From assembly GCA_040285745.1 (NCBI GenBank), contig JAUFOR010000001.1:682001-746000 (forward strand): a stretch of 64,000 bases of DNA. Direction: 5' to 3'. This DNA is from Barthelona sp. PCE. Lineage: Eukaryota. Positions 20,611 through 30,900 of the stretch are shown piece after piece (the stretch's first letter is position 1; every line of letters begins with the position of its first letter). The position numbers were made by a program, and so were the translations under genes. The notes under the pieces were generated by a model that was not told the origin of the DNA, did no database searches, and saw only the letters and a program-made list of their open reading frames with translations.

Positions 20611-21945
20611 ATGGTAATGAGATCAATTTTGGGAATCTTTCTCACCGTTTTGTTGGTTTTTGCATCATCATTAAACGCTAAATACTCTCCTATATATATT
20701 AAGTACGATTTATCGCGTCCTGACTTATATTTTGTAACGCAGTTCGACATAGACCATTTTTTAGGTTCTTTTCCGAGTGCGTCTGTTGTTGGGACCCACA
20801 AATTCAGGGTTCCTGTGAATAATGATACTCATTATGAGCTGTTTGTCAATATACATCGTAAAATAGACAAAAATGATGCAAAAGCGTGCAGGGTGTGGTG
20901 GATACCAAAAGAGTACCTCATTGAATGTACTTTTCTAACCTCAGCTGAATATTCTGTGAATTTCAAAGTCAATAAGCCAAAAACTTTCACAGCTCTACCC
21001 ATTAAATCAATGTATTTGATCACGCCGCGGTACCCTTATGTTGAAAGAATTAAAAAAAAGACTGAGTTTTTATCGCTGTACAATTCTTATGCACCCAAGG
21101 AATTTAGTACTAACATTACAGTAAGTGGTGACTCTAAAATCATTCTTAGCGATAAATTAGTTTTGTGCAGCGGTTCTTTTGTATTAAATCATGCAACTAC
21201 AGCTTTGGGTATGGTTTCTTTACCGAATTATGATGAGTATGACATTATTTACAAAGATTCACATGACAATAAGTGTGTTGTGAGTATGAACAGCACATTA
21301 AAATATGGTAGGTATTCATTTATTGATTATAAACAGAAATGCTTCATCCCTTCATATAATAACGATCTCCCTCTGTATTTTATTGGACAGTCACATGCAA
21401 GGCACTTCCACGGCGTATATTATAAGCAGAAAAGCACATGCCCATTATCAAGAGATGTTGAGCGTATGGAAAGTTACATCAGTATAGAACCATCATTCAC
21501 CAACAGGTTTCCGAACATCAACGTGCAAGAGAATGCCGTCGGTGTACTTTTTGGTGGAGATTGGGAGCTGGCGTTCCGTGCCACACCGGAGCAAATGTAT
21601 GGCCGACTTCATAAAATGGTTCTTCACATTTCGAAGAGTTTTTCTCGTTTAGTCGTGGTTGGAACCCCTGCTCAGTACCGTGAGACAGACCCCTGGCTCC
21701 GAAAGGCGTATTCTGTTACTGAATATCTTAGAGCATCAGAGGATGTGAGATCAACAACATATAAGAGAATTGATCACGTTGATTTTGACGCTTTGAGCAG
21801 ATTTTGGGCTGATTCTAATGTAGCAGACCCAAAGCATATGCTTTCTGTCCGAATTGAAACTATTCTTGACGTTTTAACATTTGTGATTAAAGGAAAAGAC
21901 CATGTTCAAAATGCAGATGAACGTTTCATAGTACTTCCAACATAA
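20611..21945 (+). CDS. Secreted/lumenal SGNH (PC-esterase/TBL/NXPE-like) O-acyltransferase or esterase
   Basis: Signal peptide-like N-terminus; LYFIGQSHARHF (GDS-type nucleophile block), GGDWEL block, C-terminal DPKH (DxxH). Confidence 0.65.
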   Translation: MVMRSILGIFLTVLLVFASSLNAKYSPIYIKYDLSRPDLYFVTQFDIDHFLGSFPSASVVGTHKFRVPVNNDTHYELFVNIHRKIDKNDAKACRVWWIPKEYLIECTFLTSAEYSVNFKVNKPKTFTALPIKSMYLITPRYPYVERIKKKTEFLSLYNSYAPKEFSTNITVSGDSKIILSDKLVLCSGSFVLNHATTALGMVSLPNYDEYDIIYKDSHDNKCVVSMNSTLKYGRYSFIDYKQKCFIPSYNNDLPLYFIGQSHARHFHGVYYKQKSTCPLSRDVERMESYISIEPSFTNRFPNINVQENAVGVLFGGDWELAFRATPEQMYGRLHKMVLHISKSFSRLVVVGTPAQYRETDPWLRKAYSVTEYLRASEDVRSTTYKRIDHVDFDALSRFWADSNVADPKHMLSVRIETILDVLTFVIKGKDHVQNADERFIVLPT

Positions 21946-21966
21946 TCATAATCATATCAACATAGT

Positions 21967-23349
21967 TTACTCGTGACGGGTACCAATACCATGTACCTTA
22001 AATCCGATTCCTCTTAAAAGTTCATGATCTAGTATGTTACGACCATCAAAAACAAATGCTGGTTTAACCATACCATCATAAACACGTTGCCAGTCTATCG
22101 TCTTAAACTCATCCCATTCAGTGATAATTGCAACACCATGAGCACCCTCGCAAGCAGCATATGCACTTTCATCGATGTGAACCTTGGAAAAATCACATTC
22201 CACTTGCTCTAACTCCCATTTCATATGTTCTTCAGGAACCATTGGATCATAAATGTGTAAATTGGGTTTTTCCTTCAATAAATGCTGAGCAACACAGATT
22301 GCAGCACTCTCTCGAGTATCTGATGTATCTTTCTTGAAAGCGAAGCCAAGTAAAGCAATTTTCTTATTAGTAATAGTGTGGAATAATGTCTTAACGATAT
22401 TCTCAGCAAAACGTCTCTTCTGAAAATCATTCATAAGAATTACCTGTTCCCAATAATCAGCAACCTCATCAATGCCATGATAACGACATAAGTAAACAAG
22501 ATTCAGCACATCTTTTTGAAAACAAGAACCACCAAAACCTACAGAACTCTTTAAAAACTTTGATCCAATGCGATTGTCCATACCTATAGCAAGACTAACT
22601 TCATTAATATTACCATCCACACGTTCGCATAATGCGCTTATTGAGTTAATGCTTGACACACGTTGGGCTAAAAATGCATTTGCCACAAGCTTTGAAAGCT
22701 CACTGGTACAAGTACTAATACACAGGATACGTTCTTCAGGAATCCACTGACTGTACACATTAGTTAATGTTTTAAGGGCCTTCCTACCCTCTTCGGTTGA
22801 CTCTGAACCAACAAGTACACGGTCTGGCATCTCTAAATCTCTAATAGCCGTTCCTTCAGCAAGAAATTCTGGGTTATTGAGAATATGGAAAGTGCAATCT
22901 GGCGCCAAACAAGACATGATCTGTTGGAGGGTTGTCGCTGTGCCAACGGGGACAGTTGACTTCTCAACTACTATTTTGGATGCACAATTGTGACGAGCAC
23001 AAATGGTGGCAATACTTCTAGCTGCACTCTCGAGATATGTGAGATCACACGACATCCCAGATCCAATTCCACTCTTCTTTGTTGGGGTATTAACGGCTAG
23101 AAAAACAATCTCAGCCTCAACCACAGCAGTTTCAATATCAGTTGAAAAGAAGAGTTTTGAACCTCTAAACTCCTCTACATACTCCTTCAAACCGGGCTCA
23201 AAGATGGGTAAAACATCAGAATTCCACTCATCAACTCGCTTCTGACTAATGTCGCAAACAGTACATATGACGTCTGCTTTCCCTGCCATAACAGCCATAG
23301 TAGGTCCACCCACATAGCCTGCTCCAATACATGCAATCTTTACGGGCAT
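21967..23349 (-). CDS. UGDH: UDP-glucose 6-dehydrogenase
   Basis: IACIGAGYVGGPT, EKSTVP, NPEFLAEG, catalytic GFGGSCFQKD, FAFKKDT, FDGRN. Confidence 0.97.
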   Translation of the reverse strand: MPVKIACIGAGYVGGPTMAVMAGKADVICTVCDISQKRVDEWNSDVLPIFEPGLKEYVEEFRGSKLFFSTDIETAVVEAEIVFLAVNTPTKKSGIGSGMSCDLTYLESAARSIATICARHNCASKIVVEKSTVPVGTATTLQQIMSCLAPDCTFHILNNPEFLAEGTAIRDLEMPDRVLVGSESTEEGRKALKTLTNVYSQWIPEERILCISTCTSELSKLVANAFLAQRVSSINSISALCERVDGNINEVSLAIGMDNRIGSKFLKSSVGFGGSCFQKDVLNLVYLCRYHGIDEVADYWEQVILMNDFQKRRFAENIVKTLFHTITNKKIALLGFAFKKDTSDTRESAAICVAQHLLKEKPNLHIYDPMVPEEHMKWELEQVECDFSKVHIDESAYAACEGAHGVAIITEWDEFKTIDWQRVYDGMVKPAFVFDGRNILDHELLRGIGFKVHGIGTRHE

Positions 23350-23776
23350 TACAAAAAAGGATATATATATAAACAGCATGGTAATTGGTACTGGTACTCT
23401 TACATGCGTTAAGTGAGCACATCTTACATTTTGGATGTATCTAAGCTGGTAAAATAGCGAGTGATATGAAATTGTTGACCTGCTCTTTTGATAGCGTTGA
23501 GAATCGAAAACTGACCAAATTAGTAAAGATTAATTTTACCAAAAAACAATGTATCTTTCATAATTAGAGGTCAAAAGCTGAAATTATCAGTTGATGTACA
23601 CATTTTTAAATTATTCTGCATATCTTGAAATTTATGGTAGTGTCGTCACATGTACCCATATTAACTTTAAATTTAGAAACTTTTAGCATTCAAAAAACTA
23701 CAGACAATGGTTGTGCAATGTTTTTTCTTTTCTCACGTTATACAGTATTTTAGAAATTACCCACATATCATCACAC

Positions 23777-24112
23777 ATGCAAACGAACCCCATAGCACTA
23801 TTTCTCGCGGGAATCAGTCAAGGAGCCACCTTGTACTTCAAACGACAACACAAAGCACAAACGCCTGATGGCAAGGTAGAGAGTCTTCTTTCCTCGGAGA
23901 ACCTCAAGCTTAAGAAGAGTCCTGTGTGTCTACGACATGTTTTTATTGCAAAATGGATTGGACAGAGTATTGAAGCCGGTTTGGGAGAACCTATTGATGA
24001 AGTCACAGAGACAGATACGGGAGTGCCTCGAAAAGTGCAAAAAGTTGACGAAAACACACATGTTGAAGTGAAAGCCGAAGAAGAAGTTGGTGAACTCACT
24101 CTTGATCTATAA
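23777..24112 (+). CDS. Small hypothetical protein with acidic C-terminus
   Basis: 111-aa ATG-initiated ORF, more GC-rich than its flanks, followed by AATAAA. Confidence 0.55.
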   Translation: MQTNPIALFLAGISQGATLYFKRQHKAQTPDGKVESLLSSENLKLKKSPVCLRHVFIAKWIGQSIEAGLGEPIDEVTETDTGVPRKVQKVDENTHVEVKAEEEVGELTLDL

Positions 24113-24204
24113 TAAACAGGAAAATCGAATGCAAATCATTATTTGGTGGTTTGTAGAAAGACTAATGACATTGAGTGTAGGTATTGAGGAGTTCTGGTTA
24201 GCAG

Positions 24205-24273
24205 GCAGCATTCAAGATGATGAATTCAACTACGTATTTGTGCAGGGGTGACTTTTGTGAAGTATAATGCTGC
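24205..24273 (+). ncRNA. Candidate box C/D snoRNA
   Basis: Terminal 8-bp inverted repeat GCAGCATT/AATGCTGC; perfect C box ATGATGA (24217-24223); adjacent ATTCAACTACG complementary to conserved SSU rRNA CGUAGUUGAA; only a degenerate D box (GTGA 24257-24260). Confidence 0.4.
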
Positions 24274-24570
24274 GCATTACCCACAATTACTACTTTAGTA
24301 TTGAAAGTAATGATGTGCAATACATATATCTCTTTTCTACCTTTTTTTGGAACTGTTTTGATTTCACACCATTGGGAAAATGCATAAACACGTTGTATGT
24401 CATATTTATTTAGGGATATTCTCGCTTATTGGCTCTTTTAAAATTTACCTTAATTCAGTTAATTTAACTGACATGTAAGCCTGTCAAACAATAAGTTTTT
24501 CATAGTGGGCCCGTATATTGGAAAAGAACCGCGTTGAACCCAATGTTTTTGAAAATTTAATTTTTAGTGG

Positions 24571-25389
24571 ATGGTGAGGTTAGGGGACGTTCAGACATCC
24601 CAAGCACATATTGAAGGCAACGAATTGATTGTTGAAACAGGAAACAAGGAACACAAGGTGGAATATGAACAAATATTTCACAACAATGAAGAAAATTTAG
24701 TAGCAGCTATGACTGAAAATCTCTTTCAGATGACTGAAGATGGAACTAACACAGCAACATTCATATTTAGACACGAGATAATGCGCAATTTCGTTGTTTC
24801 TGTGATGAGCCAGCATTTCCAATTACTATTGTCAATGCCATCTACCAAAAATATTCGGTTTGCGTGTGTTGAAACGACTTTTAATGGCATGAAAGACAAC
24901 ATAAATCCCTCAAATCGTGTGCGTGTTATTGAACATGATGATAAAACTGTCTGCTTCAACAATGTAACTTTTTCTGAAGATTTGGATGTTGATCTTTATA
25001 ACATCATTGGATGTATACTTCAGCGAATGGGATGCATATTTGAGGTTAGATTTACTCATTTAGGCACTGAAAAATTATTTAAAATTGTTTTTTTAAATTC
25101 TTTAAGATTACCAAAGACAAATCCAACTGGACAAAGCTTCAGGGAAGCTGTGTCTATTTCCATAAGCATACCTTCGTTTGGGGAAATTGTTAAATCTTTG
25201 TTAGAAAAAAGGAAATATGTTCCTTGGAGAAATTCAGCAGTAACACATTATATCAAGGATTCATTCACATTATATGATAGGTGGACATATGTTTGTGTGA
25301 CTTCCTTTGCTCAAATTGAAGAAACAGTTGCAATGTTGAAATATTCAACAAGATTACAAATTCTTGCAAATCGCTCTCTTTCAGAATGA
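24571..25389 (+). CDS. Kinesin motor-homology (pseudo-motor) protein lacking P-loop and switch motifs
   Basis: Colinear with kinesin motor: EDGTNTATFIF, IRFACVE..MKDNINP, KYVPWRNSAVTHYIKDSF, EETVAMLKYSTR; no GxxxxGKT, SSRSH or DLAGSE. Confidence 0.75.
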   Translation: MVRLGDVQTSQAHIEGNELIVETGNKEHKVEYEQIFHNNEENLVAAMTENLFQMTEDGTNTATFIFRHEIMRNFVVSVMSQHFQLLLSMPSTKNIRFACVETTFNGMKDNINPSNRVRVIEHDDKTVCFNNVTFSEDLDVDLYNIIGCILQRMGCIFEVRFTHLGTEKLFKIVFLNSLRLPKTNPTGQSFREAVSISISIPSFGEIVKSLLEKRKYVPWRNSAVTHYIKDSFTLYDRWTYVCVTSFAQIEETVAMLKYSTRLQILANRSLSE

Positions 25390-25522
25390 ATTATCATATG
25401 TTTCGCCTGAGATGACAAACTGTCTGTTGAAGTAAAAATCTTAATATAAAAGCTGTATTGCTATTTTTGCACCTCATTCACTTTCTTTTTTTAATTCTCG
25501 CTTTATTTTGCGGAATTCTAGG

Positions 25523-27904
25523 ATGGGTAAACCAGGCACTTCAGAAGCTATTAAAGTTGTATGACTACTTTGCATATGCGAATTTTTTTGTTTGGAAAAC
25601 AACAAATCGTTGTTCATTTTAACTCTTGCATATCCTACACGAGATGGGATCCGCCTATATACCGTTTGCAAACCTCTGCACGGTGTTTTTCACTTCCAAC
25701 ATACATTCGCATTTTTTACATTATCTTACATTTAGGTAGCCAGATGCAGACCTCTCAACAGCACAGAAAGGAAAGACAAGAGAAAGGACATTGTACGTGT
25801 TGATCGTGAGACTAATCAAATTTACATTGCCAATCCACATAAACCGGATAACCCACCAAAGGGATTTACATTCGATCGTGTATACGGCATCACTTCGACC
25901 CAACAGATGGTTTATGAAGAGACAGCTCACCCTATTGTCGAAAACGTTCTGGAAGGTTACAACGGAACAATTTTGGCATATGGTCAGACAGGTACTGGTA
26001 AGACTTACACTATGGAAGGCGATAAAGACTCTGAAACAGAGGCAGGTGTTATTCCTAATACATTCAAACACATTTTCAGTCATATTGCTGTTTGTACAAG
26101 TGATTTGAAGAAGTTTCTCGTCCGTTGTTCATTTCTAGAGATTTATAATAATGAAATTAGGGATCTATTGCAGCCTAAAACGGGAAATAATTTAGCACTT
26201 CGTCAAACAAAGGAAGGCGTTGTTTTCGTTCAAGATTTGACTGCAGTCGTTGTATCTAGTGCAGAAGAGATTCATGACGTACTCAACCGCGGCGCTGCTT
26301 CCCGTTCAGTTGGTGCCACCAACATGAACGCGACTTCTTCTCGTTCACACTCCATTTTCTCCATTACCGTTGAAACTTGTGAAACTGATGATAAAGGAAA
26401 CGATCAATTCAGAGCTGGAAAGCTTAACCTCGTCGATCTTGCGGGTTCAGAACGTGTGGGAAAGACAGGAGCTACAGGAGAACGCCTTAAAGAAGCTAAC
26501 AACATTAACTTTGCCCTCCTTGCGTTAGGTAATGTCATTGGTGCACTCGTTTCCCGCTCAAAGCACATTCCATACCGTGATTCAAAGCTCACGCGTCTAC
26601 TGCAGGATTCACTCGGTGGTAACGCAAAGACATGCATGGTTGCAACGCTTGGACCCGCTGATTGGAACTACGACGAGACGACATCGACGCTGAGATATGC
26701 CACTCGTGCTAAGAAGATCAAGAACAAGCCCAAGATCAATGAAGACCCCAAGGATACAATGATTCGGGATTTACAGGATGAAATCAAGAGATTAAGAGCT
26801 TCTTTGATGGGAAACCCTATCCCCGAGGGGTCTTCCGGGCATCCAGATCAGCAGATTATCTTCAAAGATGGAGAAATCCAGCGTGTTGAGATCGAAAAGA
26901 TTGTTGAAGTGGAAGTTGGTGTACGTGAAGAAGAACTTAATAAGAGGCTACTTGAACTCGAAAACCAGATCAGACAGGAGAACGCAGGAGAGCAGCAAGC
27001 TTTGCTCGAGGAGAAAGCAAGAATTGAAGAAGAAAAATCAAATATTCATCTTGAATTAGAGAGGAAGCAGGAACTTCTTCAAAACGAAGCCTCAAAGCGT
27101 GCTCAGATGTCAGAGAAACTCAAAGCTATGGAAGCCCGTCTTCTTGTAGGTTCCGTAATCGCTGAAAAAGCCAAAGAACAAGAGGTTGAACTTTATAAGA
27201 TGCGTAAAGAAAACGAAGAGCGTAGAAGACAGGAAGCACTTCTCGCAGCCCAACTTGCTGAGCGTCAGGAAATGCAGCTTGCTATGGAGGAACAGTATGT
27301 ATCTTTGCAAGAAGAGTGTGATCAAAAAACTACAAAGATTAAGAAACTATACTCTGCTTACAAGGCTGCAAAGATTGAGATCGAGGACCAGCAGCTCGAA
27401 TTCGAACGGGATCGTGAAGAACTCCTGGACACAATTCGTGAACTAACCCAGCAGCTACGACTTCACATGGTTATGTGTGATGCTTTTGTTCCCCAGGAAA
27501 TATCGAAAGAGATCTCACAGAGGGCACAGCTTACAGCAAACGGTGAGTGGGTTCTTCCACAAAGCGATTTGGTTGGAAATATTATGCGCCGACGCAAACA
27601 TCTATCAGATATTGCTGCTCAACGTCCTGTATCACAATGGAGCAACATGATGGCAGGACACAGTACGGATGCTGCTACTAATGCACGATTTAGAGACAGA
27701 AACTACATGAGTATAGGTCTTGATGTTCCTGATTATGGTACTGAAGAACAAGATGAAGAAGGTGGTTTCTATTATGAATACGAAGGTGTTGAAGATGAAC
27801 AAAACGAACATCGAAATATGGAATACACTAGGGAGACACGTGAGCGAAAGCAGCTGTACCCAAGTGCTCGTGGTTTAGTTAAAAATAAGGCACGTTTCAT
27901 GTAA
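25523..27904 (+). CDS. KIF3B: Kinesin-2 motor subunit, KIF3B/FLA8-like; exons 25523-25558 and 25736-27904
   Basis: Spliced N-terminus MGKPGTSEAIKV|VARCRPLN; GQTGTGKT, NATSSRSH, DLAGSER, KNKPKINEDPKD neck, C-terminal YPSARGLV like KIF3B YPQSRGLV. Confidence 0.9.
25559..25735 (+). other. Spliceosomal intron (177 nt, phase 0) in kinesin-2
   Basis: GTATGA donor, TCTTACATTTAG acceptor; removal restores the conserved IKV-VARCRP motif in frame. Confidence 0.9.
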
Positions 27905-27920
27905 ATTTACTAATGACAGT

Positions 27921-30900
27921 TTAAAAAATTATAAAAGAAAGAAGGGTTAAGCACAAAAGCACAGAAAATAACTTAAAGAAGTTAGTTATTGCAAGTTTTG
28001 ATGGTATAGGTACCTTGCCGTCCTTTGTGAACAGCTTAGCACAGAGTTCGGTTGTTACCTTGTTCCAAATCCAACTACCGAAGAGCCAAACGCTCAGGAA
28101 GAGAACAAAGTTTAAAAATAACGAATTGGGAATTAAAATCAACCAACCTTTGGCATCAAGAGCCAGTAAAATGTGTATTTGAAGAAGATACGTTTCTAAC
28201 GTTATCTTTCCGAGCCAATCGAATAAAGGTAAGTAGTATTGACGCATGATCTTCAAAGAATTTCTGAAAATAATGTATGCAACAATGATTAATATGCTGC
28301 TATAAGGGTGATGTTTGTTATAAGACCACTTCGGTTGAACACCAAACACAAAAAACCACCCTACTAGAACAGTAAGTGATACGGCGAACAAAGTTGCCTC
28401 AATCACGCGACGACCTCTTGCTCTTTGTATACGATAAACAGCACGAGACCATAGAGGATGTAGATATGCACAAAGCATGCCAAAGACAGGTGCCCAGTGA
28501 TCTAAATTGGCACGGAACCACCATTCATGAAGAGATGGATCTTGTGTATGATAATGTGGAAAGTTGAGTATAAATCCAAAAGGCATGAAAAACACCTTAA
28601 AGAAGAGAGGAACATCGCCTTGTTGCACACCCAGAAGTGTAGGAATGTCAAACATCAGAACAACAAACACACAAAGAATAAAGAACTTGATGACGAATCC
28701 ACGAAGCTTTCTCTCACCGTTGCGCCAGATCATGAACCATACGTGTGGCACTACTGTCCAGAACGTGTGCAACGGACACACATAATAAAGCATGTAATGT
28801 TTGCCAAGTGTGAGACACAAAACAGCAACAAAGAGATTCAATCTTACCATATTCTTCAAAAAACGTGTCATAGAGAGATCCTTACGCACCCAGAAGTACG
28901 AAAAATGACCAAAACCAGTCATCCACACATAGCAACTAATGAATAACCTAATCATATTATACGTGTACTGACCTGTTGCAAAATAGTGATAGAGGATGAA
29001 TCCCTGCTGAAGGAAGCCCTTCCACTCACCAGTTTGGTATCTGTTCAACAACAGACGATTGGGTGGAAGTTCAATTTTTTTAGGTCTAAGAAAGGCAAAA
29101 ACGAAAAGAAGAACATATACCGCACAAAATGCATCAATAGATATTACACGAGGTGATATCGGAATGAAACGCATGTAATCCGTGACTATCCATAGCACTG
29201 AGACGAGCATTGCGCCCGTTATCAGAAGACGAGTACGCAAATCAAGACGAAGAAAACTAAAGGAGGGAGTCGAACTAACTCTCTTCTTTGTTTCTGCCTT
29301 CGGTGTATGATGAGATGGATGCAAACGGGCAACCTCAACGTCAGATGTTGCCTCTGGCTCTTCCCCGATCTGTTCAATATCACTTTCACTCTCATCCAAT
29401 GGCGCAGGTGAGGGAGTGGGAGCGAGCTCGATCTCAACTTTCTTCCTCATCTTGGGGGGTACCACACGGTCTGATCCGAGGATAAGAAGACCGACCGATA
29501 ACGAGAACATAATCAATGCCAGTCCAGAATGCCAGTCCAATATACCGTGCTCGTACTTGTTCGATTCAATTGGCTCAACATCAGCAAACTCCGTGAGTGG
29601 AAGCGGCTTGTACGCGTGATGAGGTGTGTGCACTTCAACAGCAGGTGGTGCATGATCGGGTTTTGGCTTGGTTGGTTCTGTTGGCTCTGTTGGTTCTGTT
29701 GGCTCTGTTGGTTCTGTTGGTTCTGTTGGTTCTGTTGGTTCTGTTGGTTGTGTTGGCTCTGTTGGCTCCGTATCTCCAGAGTGTGGGATACTGATATATT
29801 CCTTGGAAACACTTGCTGTGTTCTTACTGTATTCAGCAAAACGCAAGTCCTCAGCCTCCTCAAATGCTTCAAATAGACTTGAAGTTGACAAAAGCTTAAG
29901 TAGTTCCATGCTTGCACCCATGTAAACACTTTTTACGTGTGGGATAGCGACATGGAAATCCAAAAAATGAACATTGGGATAAGCAGATCTCCAATCAAAA
30001 ACTAAACGCCTTGTAAACAGAGGAGCCCAATACATTTGAGTGAAAGGTGCCATGCAGTGGTCGGTGAACGGGAGGAAGCTGTCTCCAACAAAGAAAATTT
30101 GTACTGAAGGATCCACTCCCATAACAATCGATTCAACTATAAATGGCAAATGATATAAAGAATCATCTGGATGGTTTCTAATAGCAGCATCCAGTGCACC
30201 ATAAGATATAAACACTTGCTTGATATCTTTCCCTAATCGTGGTAAATGTGGTCTCTTGAAAAGTGGTTTCCACACAGTCTCACCCCCTATTTCAGATTTT
30301 TTTCCAGCAGCTTCAACTATAGATGAAACAAAATCACCAGCTAAGTGAATGGAAGAAAAATTCGCTTTAATATCTGGGTTGTGAATGCAATCATTTTTGC
30401 CATCATAAAAGAATGCAACTTTTTCAGTTTTTGTATATGATAACACGCTCTCATCCATGTAGAGATGATCACAACGTTTCTTTCGAGCTAACTCGTTGAA
30501 GGAAATACATCCTTCACTCTTAACACGAACAACAAAAGTAAAAACCTCATGTTTCTGTTGCTGGTGAAAAACATCATACCATTTTTGATGTTCATCATCC
30601 ATTGTTAAGTTACGTAGGAATGGATGTTGTTCAATTGGGTCCATAGCCCCATCAAAACGAAGATTAGAATGACAAAAGGACTGACCAATGCGCAATCGCA
30701 AAACATATTCACCTGCTAAAGAAAAATGGCACGAAATCTGATAATTCCCACCTTCAACACGGACAAAACAATTGGTGGCATCGATTACATCTGACTTCTG
30801 AGGTCCATTGAACATTGATGTAACCGAAAGCTCATCTGGTAGCGTTCCGGGAATTGGAATCGCAAATCTGAAAAACCCACATGATACGTGCTTTGGTATC

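Noticed and set aside
24205-24273. SECIS element reading of the stem with ATGA...TGAA
   Set aside because: Helix II pairs poorly and the upstream ORF has no in-frame TGA
25474-26108. Short ORFs around the kinesin-2 5' end
   Set aside because: Explained by exon 1, the intron and alternative frames of exon 2
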